From the NCBI GenBank assembly GCA_964583195.1, contig CAZOVQ010000001.1, positions 1-49,012 of the forward strand: 49,012 bases of DNA, given 5' to 3'. Shown one piece after another: positions 19,153 through 28,464 of the stretch. This DNA comes from an uncultured Thiobacillus sp. (GTDB lineage: Bacteria; Pseudomonadota; Gammaproteobacteria; Burkholderiales; Thiobacillaceae). Made by a program: the position numbers and the translations under genes. Under the pieces are notes generated by a model, which was not told the origin of the DNA, did not search any database, and worked only from the letters and a program-made list of their open reading frames with translations. Within the stretch, counting starts at the first letter, position 1. Each line of letters begins with the position of its first letter.

Positions 19153-20444
19153 GAGACCTCGTCGTCGCCGCGATCGTGTTCGGCGCGCTGCCCTTCGTGC
19201 TGCGCCGCGCCTGGCTCGGCATCCTGCTGTGGTCCTGGCTCGGCTACATGAACCCGCACCGGCTGACCTACGGGTTCGCCTATGATTTTCCGTTCTCGAT
19301 GATCGTCGGCCTGGTCGCCCTTGCCGCCTTCGCCGTCACGAAGGACAGGCAGAAAATGACCTGGTCGGGCGAAACCGTCGTCCTGCTCGCCTTCATCGGC
19401 TGGATGCTCTTCACCACAATGCTCGCCTTCTACCCCCATCCGGCCTGGGAACAATGGAACAAGGTCTGGAAGATACAGTTGTTCATTTTCCTCACCCTGC
19501 TGCTCATCAACAATCGCGAAAAGCTCCACTGGCTGATCTGGACGATCGTGCTGTCGCTCGGTTTCTACGGCGTCAAGGGCGGCCTGTTCACCATCCTCAC
19601 CGGCGGTTCGAACCACGTGCTGGGCCCCGCCGGCACCTTCATCGGCGAGAACAACGAACTGGCGTTGGCGATGGTGATGACCATTCCCCTGATCCGCTAT
19701 CTGCACATGCGGGAAACGCGGACCTGGCTGCGGCACGGCCTGGCCGCCGCCATGGTGCTGACCGCCGTGTCGGCGATCGGCAGCCAGTCGCGCGGCGCGC
19801 TCCTGGCGATGGCGGCAATGGGGCTCTTTCTCTGGGCCAAGAGCCGGCACAAATTCGCCACCGGCGCATTCGTCGTGCTTGCCGTCGCCATCGTGGCCAT
19901 GGTCATGCCGCAACAGTGGTACGACCGCATGGACACGATCAAAAGCTACGACCAGGATCTGTCGGCGCAGGGGCGCATCAACGCCTGGCACACCGCCTTC
20001 AACGTGGCCCGCCACAATTTCACCGGCGGCGGCTTCGAAGTCCTCAACCGGGCGACGACCTTCCGCGATTACGCGCCAAACCCCGCCGTCGTCTTCGACG
20101 CGCACAGCCTCTATTTCGAAGTGATGGGCGAGCACGGCTTCATCGGCCTGGCACTGTTCCTGCTGCTGGGCGGGCTCGTCTGGCGGCGCGGCCGCCAGAT
20201 CATCGCCCGCTGCAAGCACGACGTGGAAATCAAATGGGCGGCCGATCTCGCGGCGATGGTGCAGGTGAGTCTGGTCGGTTACGCGGTTGGCGGGGCGTTT
20301 CTCGGCATGGCCTATTTCGACCTGCCGTATCACCTCATGGCCATTCTGGTGCTGGCCGCGAAATTTTCAGCCGTGCCTCCGGACGGGCAAAAGCCGGCAC
20401 CCCCGCCCGTTGCCCTGCCGCACCCGTCGAGCCGCTTCGACTGA
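19149..20444 (+). CDS. Putative O-glycosylation ligase/polymerase, exosortase A-associated (TIGR03097-like)
   Basis: MRDL..MNPHRL.YGFA N-terminus, SRGA, SAQGRINAW, AHSLYFEVMGEHGFIG (Wzy_C/WaaL pattern), many TMs. Confidence 0.9.
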   Translation: MRDLVVAAIVFGALPFVLRRAWLGILLWSWLGYMNPHRLTYGFAYDFPFSMIVGLVALAAFAVTKDRQKMTWSGETVVLLAFIGWMLFTTMLAFYPHPAWEQWNKVWKIQLFIFLTLLLINNREKLHWLIWTIVLSLGFYGVKGGLFTILTGGSNHVLGPAGTFIGENNELALAMVMTIPLIRYLHMRETRTWLRHGLAAAMVLTAVSAIGSQSRGALLAMAAMGLFLWAKSRHKFATGAFVVLAVAIVAMVMPQQWYDRMDTIKSYDQDLSAQGRINAWHTAFNVARHNFTGGGFEVLNRATTFRDYAPNPAVVFDAHSLYFEVMGEHGFIGLALFLLLGGLVWRRGRQIIARCKHDVEIKWAADLAAMVQVSLVGYAVGGAFLGMAYFDLPYHLMAILVLAAKFSAVPPDGQKPAPPPVALPHPSSRFD

Positions 20445-20458
20445 CTCGGCGCACAGGC

Positions 20459-22285
20459 TCAATGCCCGTTGTCGGCGAGCCAGCGCTCCAGCATCATCGT
20501 CACCCAGATCATCACCCCGTAATAGCCGGCGTGCGGGCCGTGCTGCATGGCACGCATGTGATCGAGATAGGCCGGACGGATCCAGCCGCGCCGCTTGAAA
20601 TCGGCGAGGCTGTCGCCGACCAGTTCACCAAGCGCCGCATGCTGCGCGGCCCATACGCCGAACGGCAGACCAAAGCCGTGCTTGCTCTTGTTCACGATTT
20701 TTTCCGGCAGCATGTCGGCCAGTGCCGCCTTGAAAAACCAGCGCAGCTTCTGCCCGCGCACCTTGCTGTCAACCGGCAGATGATGGGCGAATTCGACCAC
20801 GCGGTCGTCGAGCAGCGGATAGCGCACCTCGATGCCCGCCGCTTCGGTCATCGTGCCTACCTTGCGCAGATCGTTGTCGGCCAGGGTGAATTTCAGGTCG
20901 AGATGCATCATGCGGTTGATGTAGTGATCCGACGCCGTGCGTTCGTAGACTTCGACCAGCGCCGCGTCGGTCGTCGAGGGATCGACGGCATCGATGAATT
21001 CCCGTTCGAATATTTCGCCCGGCGGCGTGCGGTGCAGGAAATTGTAGCTTTCCAGCCGCAGCGGCAGACCGATGCGCGCCTGATCGACATAGCTTTTCAG
21101 CTTGCCCAGCGGAAACCGCGTGGAGAGGTAGGGCAACGCGGCAACGGGCTCGATCAGCCCGTGCCGCAACAGGGCGGGCAGTCGCGCATAATGCTCGAAC
21201 AGTCCCTGTTTGGCGTAGCGCGCATTGCCGCCGAAGATTTCGTCGCCGCCGTCGCCGGCCAGCATGCGTTCGAATCCCGACTCGCGCGCGCGCTTCGCGC
21301 AAAACCAGGTCGGCACCGCCGAGGCATTGCCGAAGGGCTCGTCGTATGCGTGCGCGATGACGGGTACCGCCGCGACGATGTCGGCAGGCGCGAGGTAGTA
21401 CTCGTGCGCGCGGCTGCCGTAGCGCTCGACGGCGCAGCGCGCATAGTCCATTTCGTCATAGCCCTCGGCGTCGAAACCGATCGAAAAGGTGTCGACCGGC
21501 GCGCTGCGCGCAGCGGTGAGCGTGGCGACGACGGTCGAGCTGTCGGTGCCGCCGGAGAGGAAGGCGGCCGTGCCGGGCGCGTCTGCGTCGCGCACGGCAA
21601 GGTCGAGCAGCGAACGGAATTTCGTCTTGCGCGCCTCGAAGCTGGCCGCCACGGGCGCATAGTCGGCCTGCCAGTAGAAGCCGGCCTCAAGCCGGCCGTT
21701 CTTCAGCGTAAGGATCTGCCCGGGCAGCAGCTTGTGCACGCCCCGGTACAGGCTGCGCGGCGCGGGAATGACATGGAAATAGAGATAGTCGTAGAGCGCC
21801 TGCGGGTCGATGTCGCGGCCCACGGCGGGGTGGCATGCCACCTGTTGCACGCTGGTGCCGAAGACGAGCTGGCCGCCGCGCTGCGCATAACAGAGCCGCT
21901 CGGCCCCCATGCGGTCGAGTGCGAGGCAGGCCCGTTTCTTGAGCGGCTCCAGCACCACGAAGGCGAAGTTGCCCCGCACCAGTGTCGGCAGCGCCTTGCC
22001 GTGCCGCACCCAGCCGTGCGCCAGTGCGGCGGCGGGGCCACGGTCGCGCGCGACGAAGGCGAGATCGTCGTCGACGAAAACGGGACGCCCCATCGAGGCC
22101 GCCGCCAGCCCGTTCTCGACGTGTATGTCGGCCTTGCCGAAGCGCGAGCAGCCGGCCACACCCAGAAGCTGACTGCTGTGCGCGTGCAGCACGCCCTCGG
22201 GCACATGGCGGCCGGCGGCCGCCATGTGCCCGATCAGGTCTTGGTGTGCGCCGTGCTCGCCCAGCCAGCCGAAAATACCATCCAT
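20459..22285 (-). CDS. Asparagine-synthetase-like ATP-dependent amide ligase lacking the glutaminase Cys
   Basis: Starts MDGIFGW instead of MCGI; synthetase motifs FLSGGTDSS, AGDGGDEIFGG and KHGFGLP are intact. Confidence 0.85.
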   Translation of the reverse strand: MDGIFGWLGEHGAHQDLIGHMAAAGRHVPEGVLHAHSSQLLGVAGCSRFGKADIHVENGLAAASMGRPVFVDDDLAFVARDRGPAAALAHGWVRHGKALPTLVRGNFAFVVLEPLKKRACLALDRMGAERLCYAQRGGQLVFGTSVQQVACHPAVGRDIDPQALYDYLYFHVIPAPRSLYRGVHKLLPGQILTLKNGRLEAGFYWQADYAPVAASFEARKTKFRSLLDLAVRDADAPGTAAFLSGGTDSSTVVATLTAARSAPVDTFSIGFDAEGYDEMDYARCAVERYGSRAHEYYLAPADIVAAVPVIAHAYDEPFGNASAVPTWFCAKRARESGFERMLAGDGGDEIFGGNARYAKQGLFEHYARLPALLRHGLIEPVAALPYLSTRFPLGKLKSYVDQARIGLPLRLESYNFLHRTPPGEIFEREFIDAVDPSTTDAALVEVYERTASDHYINRMMHLDLKFTLADNDLRKVGTMTEAAGIEVRYPLLDDRVVEFAHHLPVDSKVRGQKLRWFFKAALADMLPEKIVNKSKHGFGLPFGVWAAQHAALGELVGDSLADFKRRGWIRPAYLDHMRAMQHGPHAGYYGVMIWVTMMLERWLADNGH

Positions 22286-22444
22286 GATGTCTCGTGTCGG
22301 GTTGATGCGGGATAATGCGGAACTATAAGCGAGCATCGTGCCTGGCACGAATCCTGTTCGACGAATTACGCCTCCGGCATCGGCGGCACCAAAACCCCAT
22401 GAACCATGGAAACCGCAATTGACCGCTTGTCTCGTGAATCGCGC

Positions 22445-22945
22445 ATGAAAAAAAAAGTATTCTTTCTCGTCGCCGGCGGCGGCTTTCAGTGGGAGGCGCT
22501 GACCCTGGCCGCACAGATCGGGGACACGTGGTCGTTCACCTATATCGTTCCGGAAAGTTCGATCTTTCCCGGCTCCGCACTCGTCGCGGCCATCGGTGAT
22601 GCGCCTCGTCTGGTCATTCCGGAAGTGTCCTCGCGGGCCAACAGCCGCACAGGCGCGGTGCTGCGCAATCTCTGGCGCGCCATTCGCATCGTCTGGGCGG
22701 GGGCCGGCCGGACCCGTCCCGACGCCGCCGTGTGCGTGGGATCGTCGATGTCGATTCCCATCGCCGCGGTATGCCGCCTGCGCGGCATTCCCCTTGTCTT
22801 CGTCGAAAGCATCACCCGTACCGACGCCCTGTCTTCCACTGGCAAGCTGTTGCTGCGACTGGGAATGGCGCAGCATTTCTACGTGCAATGGCCAGAACAG
22901 ACGCGCCTGCATCCGGACGTGCGCTACGGAGGAACCGTCCTGTGA
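22445..22945 (+). CDS. Alg14/PssD/CpsF-like glycosyltransferase subunit
   Basis: RPDAAVCVG, VFVESITR...SSTGK, FYVQWPE, YGGTVL. ATG 22406 is an alternative start. Confidence 0.85.
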   Translation: MKKKVFFLVAGGGFQWEALTLAAQIGDTWSFTYIVPESSIFPGSALVAAIGDAPRLVIPEVSSRANSRTGAVLRNLWRAIRIVWAGAGRTRPDAAVCVGSSMSIPIAAVCRLRGIPLVFVESITRTDALSSTGKLLLRLGMAQHFYVQWPEQTRLHPDVRYGGTVL

Positions 22946-23379
22946 TTTTCGTGACCGTGGGCACCACGCATTTCGATGCCCTGATCCGGGAGATCGATCT
23001 GCTGCTCGAATCGGGCAGGCTCGTGGAGCGGGTGGTATGCCAGATCGGCGCCGGCAGCTACGAGCCGCGCCATGCCGAACATTTCCGCTTCCAGCCGTCC
23101 ATCGACGACTGGTTCGCACGGGCCGACCTGGTAATCTGCCATGGCGGCGCGACGGTCATGTCGCTTTTGCAGCAGGGCAAGCGTTTCGTCGCAATCGCCA
23201 ATACCGCGCTCGCCGGCGACCATCAGACGGTCTTTCTGGCGCGGCTGGCGCAAAGCGCGGGGTTTCCCTGGAGCCGCGACGTGGGCGAGCTAGGACGGCT
23301 CGTGGCGGTCGCGCGGTCGGCGCCTGCGCCGCGCATCGACCTGCCGCACCTGGCGGACGAATTGAAGCGTCTTGTGTGA
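22942..23379 (+). CDS. Alg13/PssE/CpsG-like glycosyltransferase subunit (GT28 C-terminal)
   Basis: GTG start after GGAGG; IFVTVGTTHFD, QIGAG, ADLVICHGG, DHQ. Confidence 0.87.
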   Translation: MIFVTVGTTHFDALIREIDLLLESGRLVERVVCQIGAGSYEPRHAEHFRFQPSIDDWFARADLVICHGGATVMSLLQQGKRFVAIANTALAGDHQTVFLARLAQSAGFPWSRDVGELGRLVAVARSAPAPRIDLPHLADELKRLV

Positions 23380-23393
23380 GGGCCCGCGAACCG

Positions 23394-24386
23394 ATGCACG
23401 ATTCGACGACGAAGACCGAAGCCGGACGAAAGCTCCTGCTCGTCAATTTCATTTCCGGCGGCGGGATCAAGCAGTTCACCCGGCACCTGCTGGATCAGCT
23501 CGAACGATCCGGGATAGCCCACGAATACCGGGAAACGCGATCACTCCGGGCGCTGACGCACCTGTGTCGGCGCCACAAGGACGTGGTCTTCTGCATCAAC
23601 AACATCCGGATCTACGCCCTCTTCCTGCTGCTGAAGGATTTTTCACCCATCCTGATTCTGCACGACCACAAGGCGCGCATCGGCGCGAGCCGGGTGGAGC
23701 GGCTGCTGATCACCTGCATGCGTCTGTTCTCGAGCCGCTTCCGGAAAATCATCATTCACTCCGAGGACGACTGGCTGGGCGGAAAACCCAACGTGGCGGT
23801 GATGAAGATGCCTTTCCACTCACCCGAGTTTGCGACCGAAGACAAGGTGAAAGTGCTTTTCTTCGGGCGTATCGAAGCCTACAAGAATCTGCCGCATCTC
23901 GTGGCCATCGCCGAAAGAACCCGCGCGACCACGGAATATTTCGTCGCCGGCAGCGGTGATATCGCCCCGGAACTGAAGTCGCGCATCGAACGCGCGTCGA
24001 ACGTCTCCCTGCTCAATGCCTATCTCGACGAACGCACGATCCGCCTGCTGTTCGACTGGTGCGACTATCTGGTGCTGCCCTACGCCGACGTGACCCAGAC
24101 CGGGCTCGTCGATCAGGCCGGACAATTCGGCAAGCCCGTCATCCTGTCCGCGATAGCAGGCTTCCGGGCGTATCTGGCGCAGGGCGGCTGCGTCGCCATC
24201 GACCCGCGCGACGCGGATGCAGCGGCGCAGCGGGTGGCTGCGCTGCCCGGACGCAACGATGCTGCCTATCAGGAACTGGCCGCTGGCTCGCGCCATAATT
24301 ACCAGGCTGCGGCCAGCGCCTGGCCCGCCTATGTCGCAAGCCTGCTGGCTGCGCCCGTATCCGACACAGGAGATTGCCCGTCATGA
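23394..24386 (+). CDS. GT4-family glycosyltransferase
   Basis: LFFGRIEAYKN, LVLPY...TQTG, FGKPVI. Confidence 0.8.
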   Translation: MHDSTTKTEAGRKLLLVNFISGGGIKQFTRHLLDQLERSGIAHEYRETRSLRALTHLCRRHKDVVFCINNIRIYALFLLLKDFSPILILHDHKARIGASRVERLLITCMRLFSSRFRKIIIHSEDDWLGGKPNVAVMKMPFHSPEFATEDKVKVLFFGRIEAYKNLPHLVAIAERTRATTEYFVAGSGDIAPELKSRIERASNVSLLNAYLDERTIRLLFDWCDYLVLPYADVTQTGLVDQAGQFGKPVILSAIAGFRAYLAQGGCVAIDPRDADAAAQRVAALPGRNDAAYQELAAGSRHNYQAAASAWPAYVASLLAAPVSDTGDCPS

Positions 24387-25165
24387 ACCCGGAAAAACTA
24401 CTCGCTACCGTGCGCGCGGCCTTGCGCAAGGCCGGCAGCCTTAGGCTCGTCGATACGCGCAGGCTCTACGCCCTGTGGGAACGCAGGCACCTGGCACGAT
24501 TGCTTGGCCACTACGACGTGGATTGCGTATTCGACGTCGGCGCCAACTATGGGCAATACGCCCGAATGCTGCGCACGAAGGTTGGCTTCAAGGGCCTGAT
24601 CGTCTCATTCGAGCCGCTGCCGGACGCCGCCGCGGAACTGCGCCGGCTGTCCGCGCGCGACCCGCGGTGGGTCGTCGAGGAAAAGGCTTTGTCCTCGGAA
24701 AATGGCACACGCACTTTCCACGTGATGGCCGATTCGCAGTTCAGCTCCCTGAATGCGCCCCGCCACGACGAAGTGGCCCTGTTTCAGGGATTGAACCGGA
24801 ACGTGCGCGACATCCGCGTGGCAACGGAAACGCTCGACAGCGCCTATGCGCGCCTGAGCGCGGCGCATCGATTCCGGCGCCCCTTCCTCAAGCTCGACAC
24901 CCAGGGCCACGATGTCGAGATTCTGTCCGGCAGTGCGTCCGCCGTCCGCCAGTTCGTGGGCCTGCAAAGCGAACTGGCGGTGAAGAAGCTCTACGCGAAC
25001 GCCGTCGATTTTCGCGAGGCGCTTGCGCTGTATGAATCGCTGGGCTTTCAATTGAGCGCTTTCGTTCCCAACAACGTGGGCCATTTCCCCCTGCTCATCG
25101 AAATGGATTGCATCATGATCCGGCGTGATCTCGTGGCGGATGGCGACCTGGTTTTCAACACCTGA
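24383..25165 (+). CDS. FkbM-family methyltransferase
   Basis: VFDVGANYGQY, SFEP, FLKLDTQGHD; RBS AGGAG upstream. Confidence 0.88.
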   Translation: MNPEKLLATVRAALRKAGSLRLVDTRRLYALWERRHLARLLGHYDVDCVFDVGANYGQYARMLRTKVGFKGLIVSFEPLPDAAAELRRLSARDPRWVVEEKALSSENGTRTFHVMADSQFSSLNAPRHDEVALFQGLNRNVRDIRVATETLDSAYARLSAAHRFRRPFLKLDTQGHDVEILSGSASAVRQFVGLQSELAVKKLYANAVDFREALALYESLGFQLSAFVPNNVGHFPLLIEMDCIMIRRDLVADGDLVFNT

Positions 25166-25176
25166 TCCGGATTGGA

Positions 25177-25986
25177 ATGACAATGCGTGCCTGGCCCCTG
25201 TCCCTGCTGTTCGTGTCCATCGCATTCGCCGTGCCGGCCGCCGCCCGCGTGCAACTGAGTCCGCAGGAATTCAAGGCCATGGAACCCGCCTGCCAGGCCA
25301 TAGGCATGGGCGAAATCGACGGCCGATTCTGGGCCGAGGTGCTGAAGAACAGCCCCATCCTCGACAAGCCGGAAAACGCCATGGCCAAGGACGCGGGCTG
25401 GTTCCACCATTATTGCTGGGGCAAATTGTCCAAATTCAGGTACTACTCGGCGAAAACGGCGGAACAACGCAAGAGCGGGATACACGTCTGGCGCAGCGAG
25501 ATGCAGTTCATCGTCGACTGGACGGGCGAACGCGGCATCACCTGGACCTACATGCCGGTCATCCACAAGGAAATCGCCGAATCGTATCTGTTCGAGAAGA
25601 ACTACGCGCAGGCCATCGCGGCGGGCGAGAAAGCCCTGGCGCTGGATCGGGATTACATCCCGGTCTATCCTGTCATCGCCGATGCCTACGTGGGGGCGGG
25701 CCAGCGCGACCGGGCCCTCGATACCGTTTCCGAGGGGCTGAGGCGCGCCCCCGATTCCAGGGCGCTCAAACGCCGCTACCAGGCATTCGGCGGCAAGCTT
25801 CCCTACCCGGAAGCCCTCCCCGCGGCACCGGCGCGGGACGCCGCCGCTGCGCCGCCGGCGACGAATGCCGCTCCGGTGATCGCACCGCCGGCCCCCGACG
25901 AAACACGTCCCCAGGCCGGTGACGCCGGAACGGCCGGCGAGCCGCCCCAACCGAACGGAAATCCCTACTGCCGGTTTTGTCCCTGA
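25177..25986 (+). CDS. Exported TPR-containing protein with Cys motifs
   Basis: Signal peptide (AAA|R), HHYCWG, two TPR-like repeats, Pro/Ala linker, C-terminal NPYCRFCP. Confidence 0.78.
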   Translation: MTMRAWPLSLLFVSIAFAVPAAARVQLSPQEFKAMEPACQAIGMGEIDGRFWAEVLKNSPILDKPENAMAKDAGWFHHYCWGKLSKFRYYSAKTAEQRKSGIHVWRSEMQFIVDWTGERGITWTYMPVIHKEIAESYLFEKNYAQAIAAGEKALALDRDYIPVYPVIADAYVGAGQRDRALDTVSEGLRRAPDSRALKRRYQAFGGKLPYPEALPAAPARDAAAAPPATNAAPVIAPPAPDETRPQAGDAGTAGEPPQPNGNPYCRFCP

Positions 25987-26753
25987 CGGGGCCGGGTGGC
26001 GATATAGGAAATGAAGGGCGAGAGCCGGGGCAGGATGCGAATGACGAGCTGTTTCAGGTTGCTCCCGTAGCGCCCCCGGTAGACGAGACTGTCCACCGAA
26101 AAACCGATCCGTTCCAGAAAAGCGACGACTTCGGTCCGGGTATATTCCCGCACATGCCCCATATGGCCGAGGCTTTTCAGTTTTTCATACTCGACGTAGG
26201 GGTCGCCCGAGCAGGAATAGGCCCGGTCCCGGATGAGATAGTTGACGATGCCCTCCAGCGACTTGAGATTGGGGCTCGACAGCAGCAGGATGCCCCCCGC
26301 TTTCAGCACCCGCAAGGTTTCCCGAAGCGTGAACACCGGGTCGATGCGCAGATGCTCGAAGAGCTCATTGAAGACGACTGCGTCGAATCTTCCGTCCGGG
26401 AAAGGCAGGGGCTCCGTTTCGATGTCGCATTTGACGACGTGCAGCCCGGTGGCGCGCAGGGCCGATGCATAGCGTTCCGGGGCGAGATCGCATCCGGTCA
26501 CCGTGTAGCCGCTTTGCGCGAGCGCCAGGGTGAACAGCAGGGGAACCGAGCCGATTTCCAGGATTTCGCTTTTCTGCTGGAGCGTCTGCCTGACGATGTC
26601 CAGATCGTGGGCGATCCGCGAAGCGTGGGTCTCGACGTAGGCACGGTGCCATTCGGCGAGAGCGGCGTCTTCCGGAGCCAGCCGCCGCGCGCAGGCCTCG
26701 ACGATTTGCCGGGAATCGGCCGTGGGGGTGAATGCTTCACGCAAGGTTTTCAT
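25965..26753 (-). CDS. Class I SAM-dependent methyltransferase (Methyltransf_11/23-like)
   Basis: ILEIGS, VTGCD, LPFPDGRFDAVVFNELFEHL, RVLKAGG.LLLSSPN, HVREYT. Confidence 0.85.
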   Translation of the reverse strand: MKTLREAFTPTADSRQIVEACARRLAPEDAALAEWHRAYVETHASRIAHDLDIVRQTLQQKSEILEIGSVPLLFTLALAQSGYTVTGCDLAPERYASALRATGLHVVKCDIETEPLPFPDGRFDAVVFNELFEHLRIDPVFTLRETLRVLKAGGILLLSSPNLKSLEGIVNYLIRDRAYSCSGDPYVEYEKLKSLGHMGHVREYTRTEVVAFLERIGFSVDSLVYRGRYGSNLKQLVIRILPRLSPFISYIATRPRQGQNRQ

Positions 26754-26794
26754 CTGTCGGCTCCCTGTCGCGTCCACGCAAAGTTCCGGCAGGC

Positions 26795-27643
26795 TTACTG
26801 TAGCAGCCAGCGCCGGGTAGCTTCGATCAGTGCCTTGCGGGCTTCGATGGTAGAAAACGCCTGATCGGCGCAGGCAAGGTCGACCCGTTCGGGTGCGGCG
26901 GCCTCGCAGGCTCGCCGCCAGTCGGGCGAGGCGGCGACCAGCACGTCGAATTCTTCGGAAGTGAGGCTTTGCCCGCTCATGACCAGCAGGGTGCGGCCGC
27001 GAAAGGACTGGAATCCATGCAGCATGCGCTCGGTGAAGGGACGCGCCGCGGCGTCCCTGTCCGCATTCGGGCGGCGCGGGACCAGGCTTTTCAGGCCGCG
27101 CTCCAGCCCCGCCCGCAGATACGGCAGGGGGTTGAAGCGCAGCTTCAGAACCCTGGCCCAGAATTCCCGGTCGCGCAGGCGGCGCAGATAGTGTTTGCGC
27201 ACGACGACCGCCTGCGTGGCATCCGAGTGCGCGTAGGGATTGCTGAGGATGAGGCCGGTCACCTCGGGAAACCGGTGGGCATGGATCATGATGCCCGAGG
27301 CGGCGTTGCAGCCGCCCCAAAGCACGATCTCGCGCAGTTCGGGCACGGCGCGCCGGAAGGCAGCGATGGCGGCGGCCAGATCGGCGCCCACGTGTTCGAA
27401 ATCAAGGAATACACCCGCGCCGTCACCCAGACCCCGATGGTCGAAGCGCATGACGGGGATGCCGTGCGCGCTGAAATCGCGGGCCATGTACACCAGTTGC
27501 CGGCAGCAGCCGGCGCGATATTGCGGGCCGCCGGCGACCAGCGACAGCACGCCGCGCGGCGACGGCGATTCAGGGCGGTGGACGATGCCGATGAGCGGCT
27601 GACCTTCACAGTCGAAAACGAGCGGGACTTCCCTGGCATTCAT
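26795..27643 (-). CDS. Hydrolase 1, exosortase A system-associated (TIGR03100-like alpha/beta fold)
   Basis: GGPQYRAG, RFDHRGLGD, elbow WGGCNAAS, ADQAFS. Confidence 0.85.
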   Translation of the reverse strand: MNAREVPLVFDCEGQPLIGIVHRPESPSPRGVLSLVAGGPQYRAGCCRQLVYMARDFSAHGIPVMRFDHRGLGDGAGVFLDFEHVGADLAAAIAAFRRAVPELREIVLWGGCNAASGIMIHAHRFPEVTGLILSNPYAHSDATQAVVVRKHYLRRLRDREFWARVLKLRFNPLPYLRAGLERGLKSLVPRRPNADRDAAARPFTERMLHGFQSFRGRTLLVMSGQSLTSEEFDVLVAASPDWRRACEAAAPERVDLACADQAFSTIEARKALIEATRRWLLQ

Positions 27644-28458
27644 GCGGCGGGCGCGAACAGGGCGCGGGTCTTGTCGAGGAGGTCGGGTGCGTGATCGCGC
27701 TCGTGCAGCTGCCAGATGGGGGGCGCACAGAACGGGTGCACGGCGATACGCGCGCCGCCGTCGCGCAGCGCATCGATGAGCTTCCGGCTGCCGGGCGGCA
27801 GGGGCTTGCCGGGTTCGGGCACGTTTTCCATCCAGTCGATGCGTGCGTGCGCCAGCGCCAGTTCGCCAAGCCGGGTGCGGTCGATCGCGCAGGCCAGCGC
27901 CGCCGGCAGTTCGTAGCCGGACACGGCGACACACTCGCCGGCGGCGAAGCGGGCCCGCATGCCGTCGGTGGTTTCGGCAGGCAGGCCCTTGTCCATGAGG
28001 GCGGCGACGCGCAGCCGCAGGAACTGCGTCAGATACAGGCTGCCGTCGGCGACCGGCTGCCAGAACAGGAGGTGCGGGTAGCGTTCAGGGGCGCGGCTCG
28101 AAGCCTCGGCCGCCAGCAACGCGCCCAGCCGGCAGCCCCAGAGGATGGGCGGCAGGCCGGTGGCCTGCCTGAGCCAGTCGGCGGCTGCATCGAGGTCGGC
28201 GTGCCAGATCTCCCAGGTGGCGTCTTTCAGTTCGCCGGCACTGTCGCCCGTGCCATAAAAATCGAGCAGCAGCACGGCGTGGCCAGACGCCGCCAGGGCG
28301 CGCGCCTGTGCCGCGACCAGCGCACGACAACGGTTCATTTCCTCGGCCAGCGGCGGCAGGTAGAGCAGCGCGCCGCGCACCGACCCATGCGCGGGGAAGT
28401 ACAGGGTGAACACCTCGCCTGCTGCGCTGAAAATGAACTGTGGCGCGACGGCGTGCAT
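27640..28458 (-). CDS. Hydrolase 2, exosortase A system-associated (TIGR03101-like alpha/beta fold)
   Basis: PPLAEEMNRCR, DFYGTGDSAG, WGCRLGALLA, WQPV, QFLRLR. Confidence 0.87.
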   Translation of the reverse strand: MHAVAPQFIFSAAGEVFTLYFPAHGSVRGALLYLPPLAEEMNRCRALVAAQARALAASGHAVLLLDFYGTGDSAGELKDATWEIWHADLDAAADWLRQATGLPPILWGCRLGALLAAEASSRAPERYPHLLFWQPVADGSLYLTQFLRLRVAALMDKGLPAETTDGMRARFAAGECVAVSGYELPAALACAIDRTRLGELALAHARIDWMENVPEPGKPLPPGSRKLIDALRDGGARIAVHPFCAPPIWQLHERDHAPDLLDKTRALFAPAA

Positions 28459-28464
28459 GGAAAA

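Noticed and set aside
20459..22285. Lasso-peptide cyclase interpretation of the Cys-less AsnB
   Set aside because: No precursor peptide, B protease or PqqD/RRE gene nearby; the context is polysaccharide biosynthesis.
19454..22315. 953-aa plus-strand ORF
   Set aside because: Off-frame over the O-ligase and antisense to the AsnB-like gene; no domain signal.
25177..25986. Possible PEP-CTERM substrate
   Set aside because: No VPEP motif, TM helix or basic tail; no PEP-CTERM protein was found anywhere in the window.
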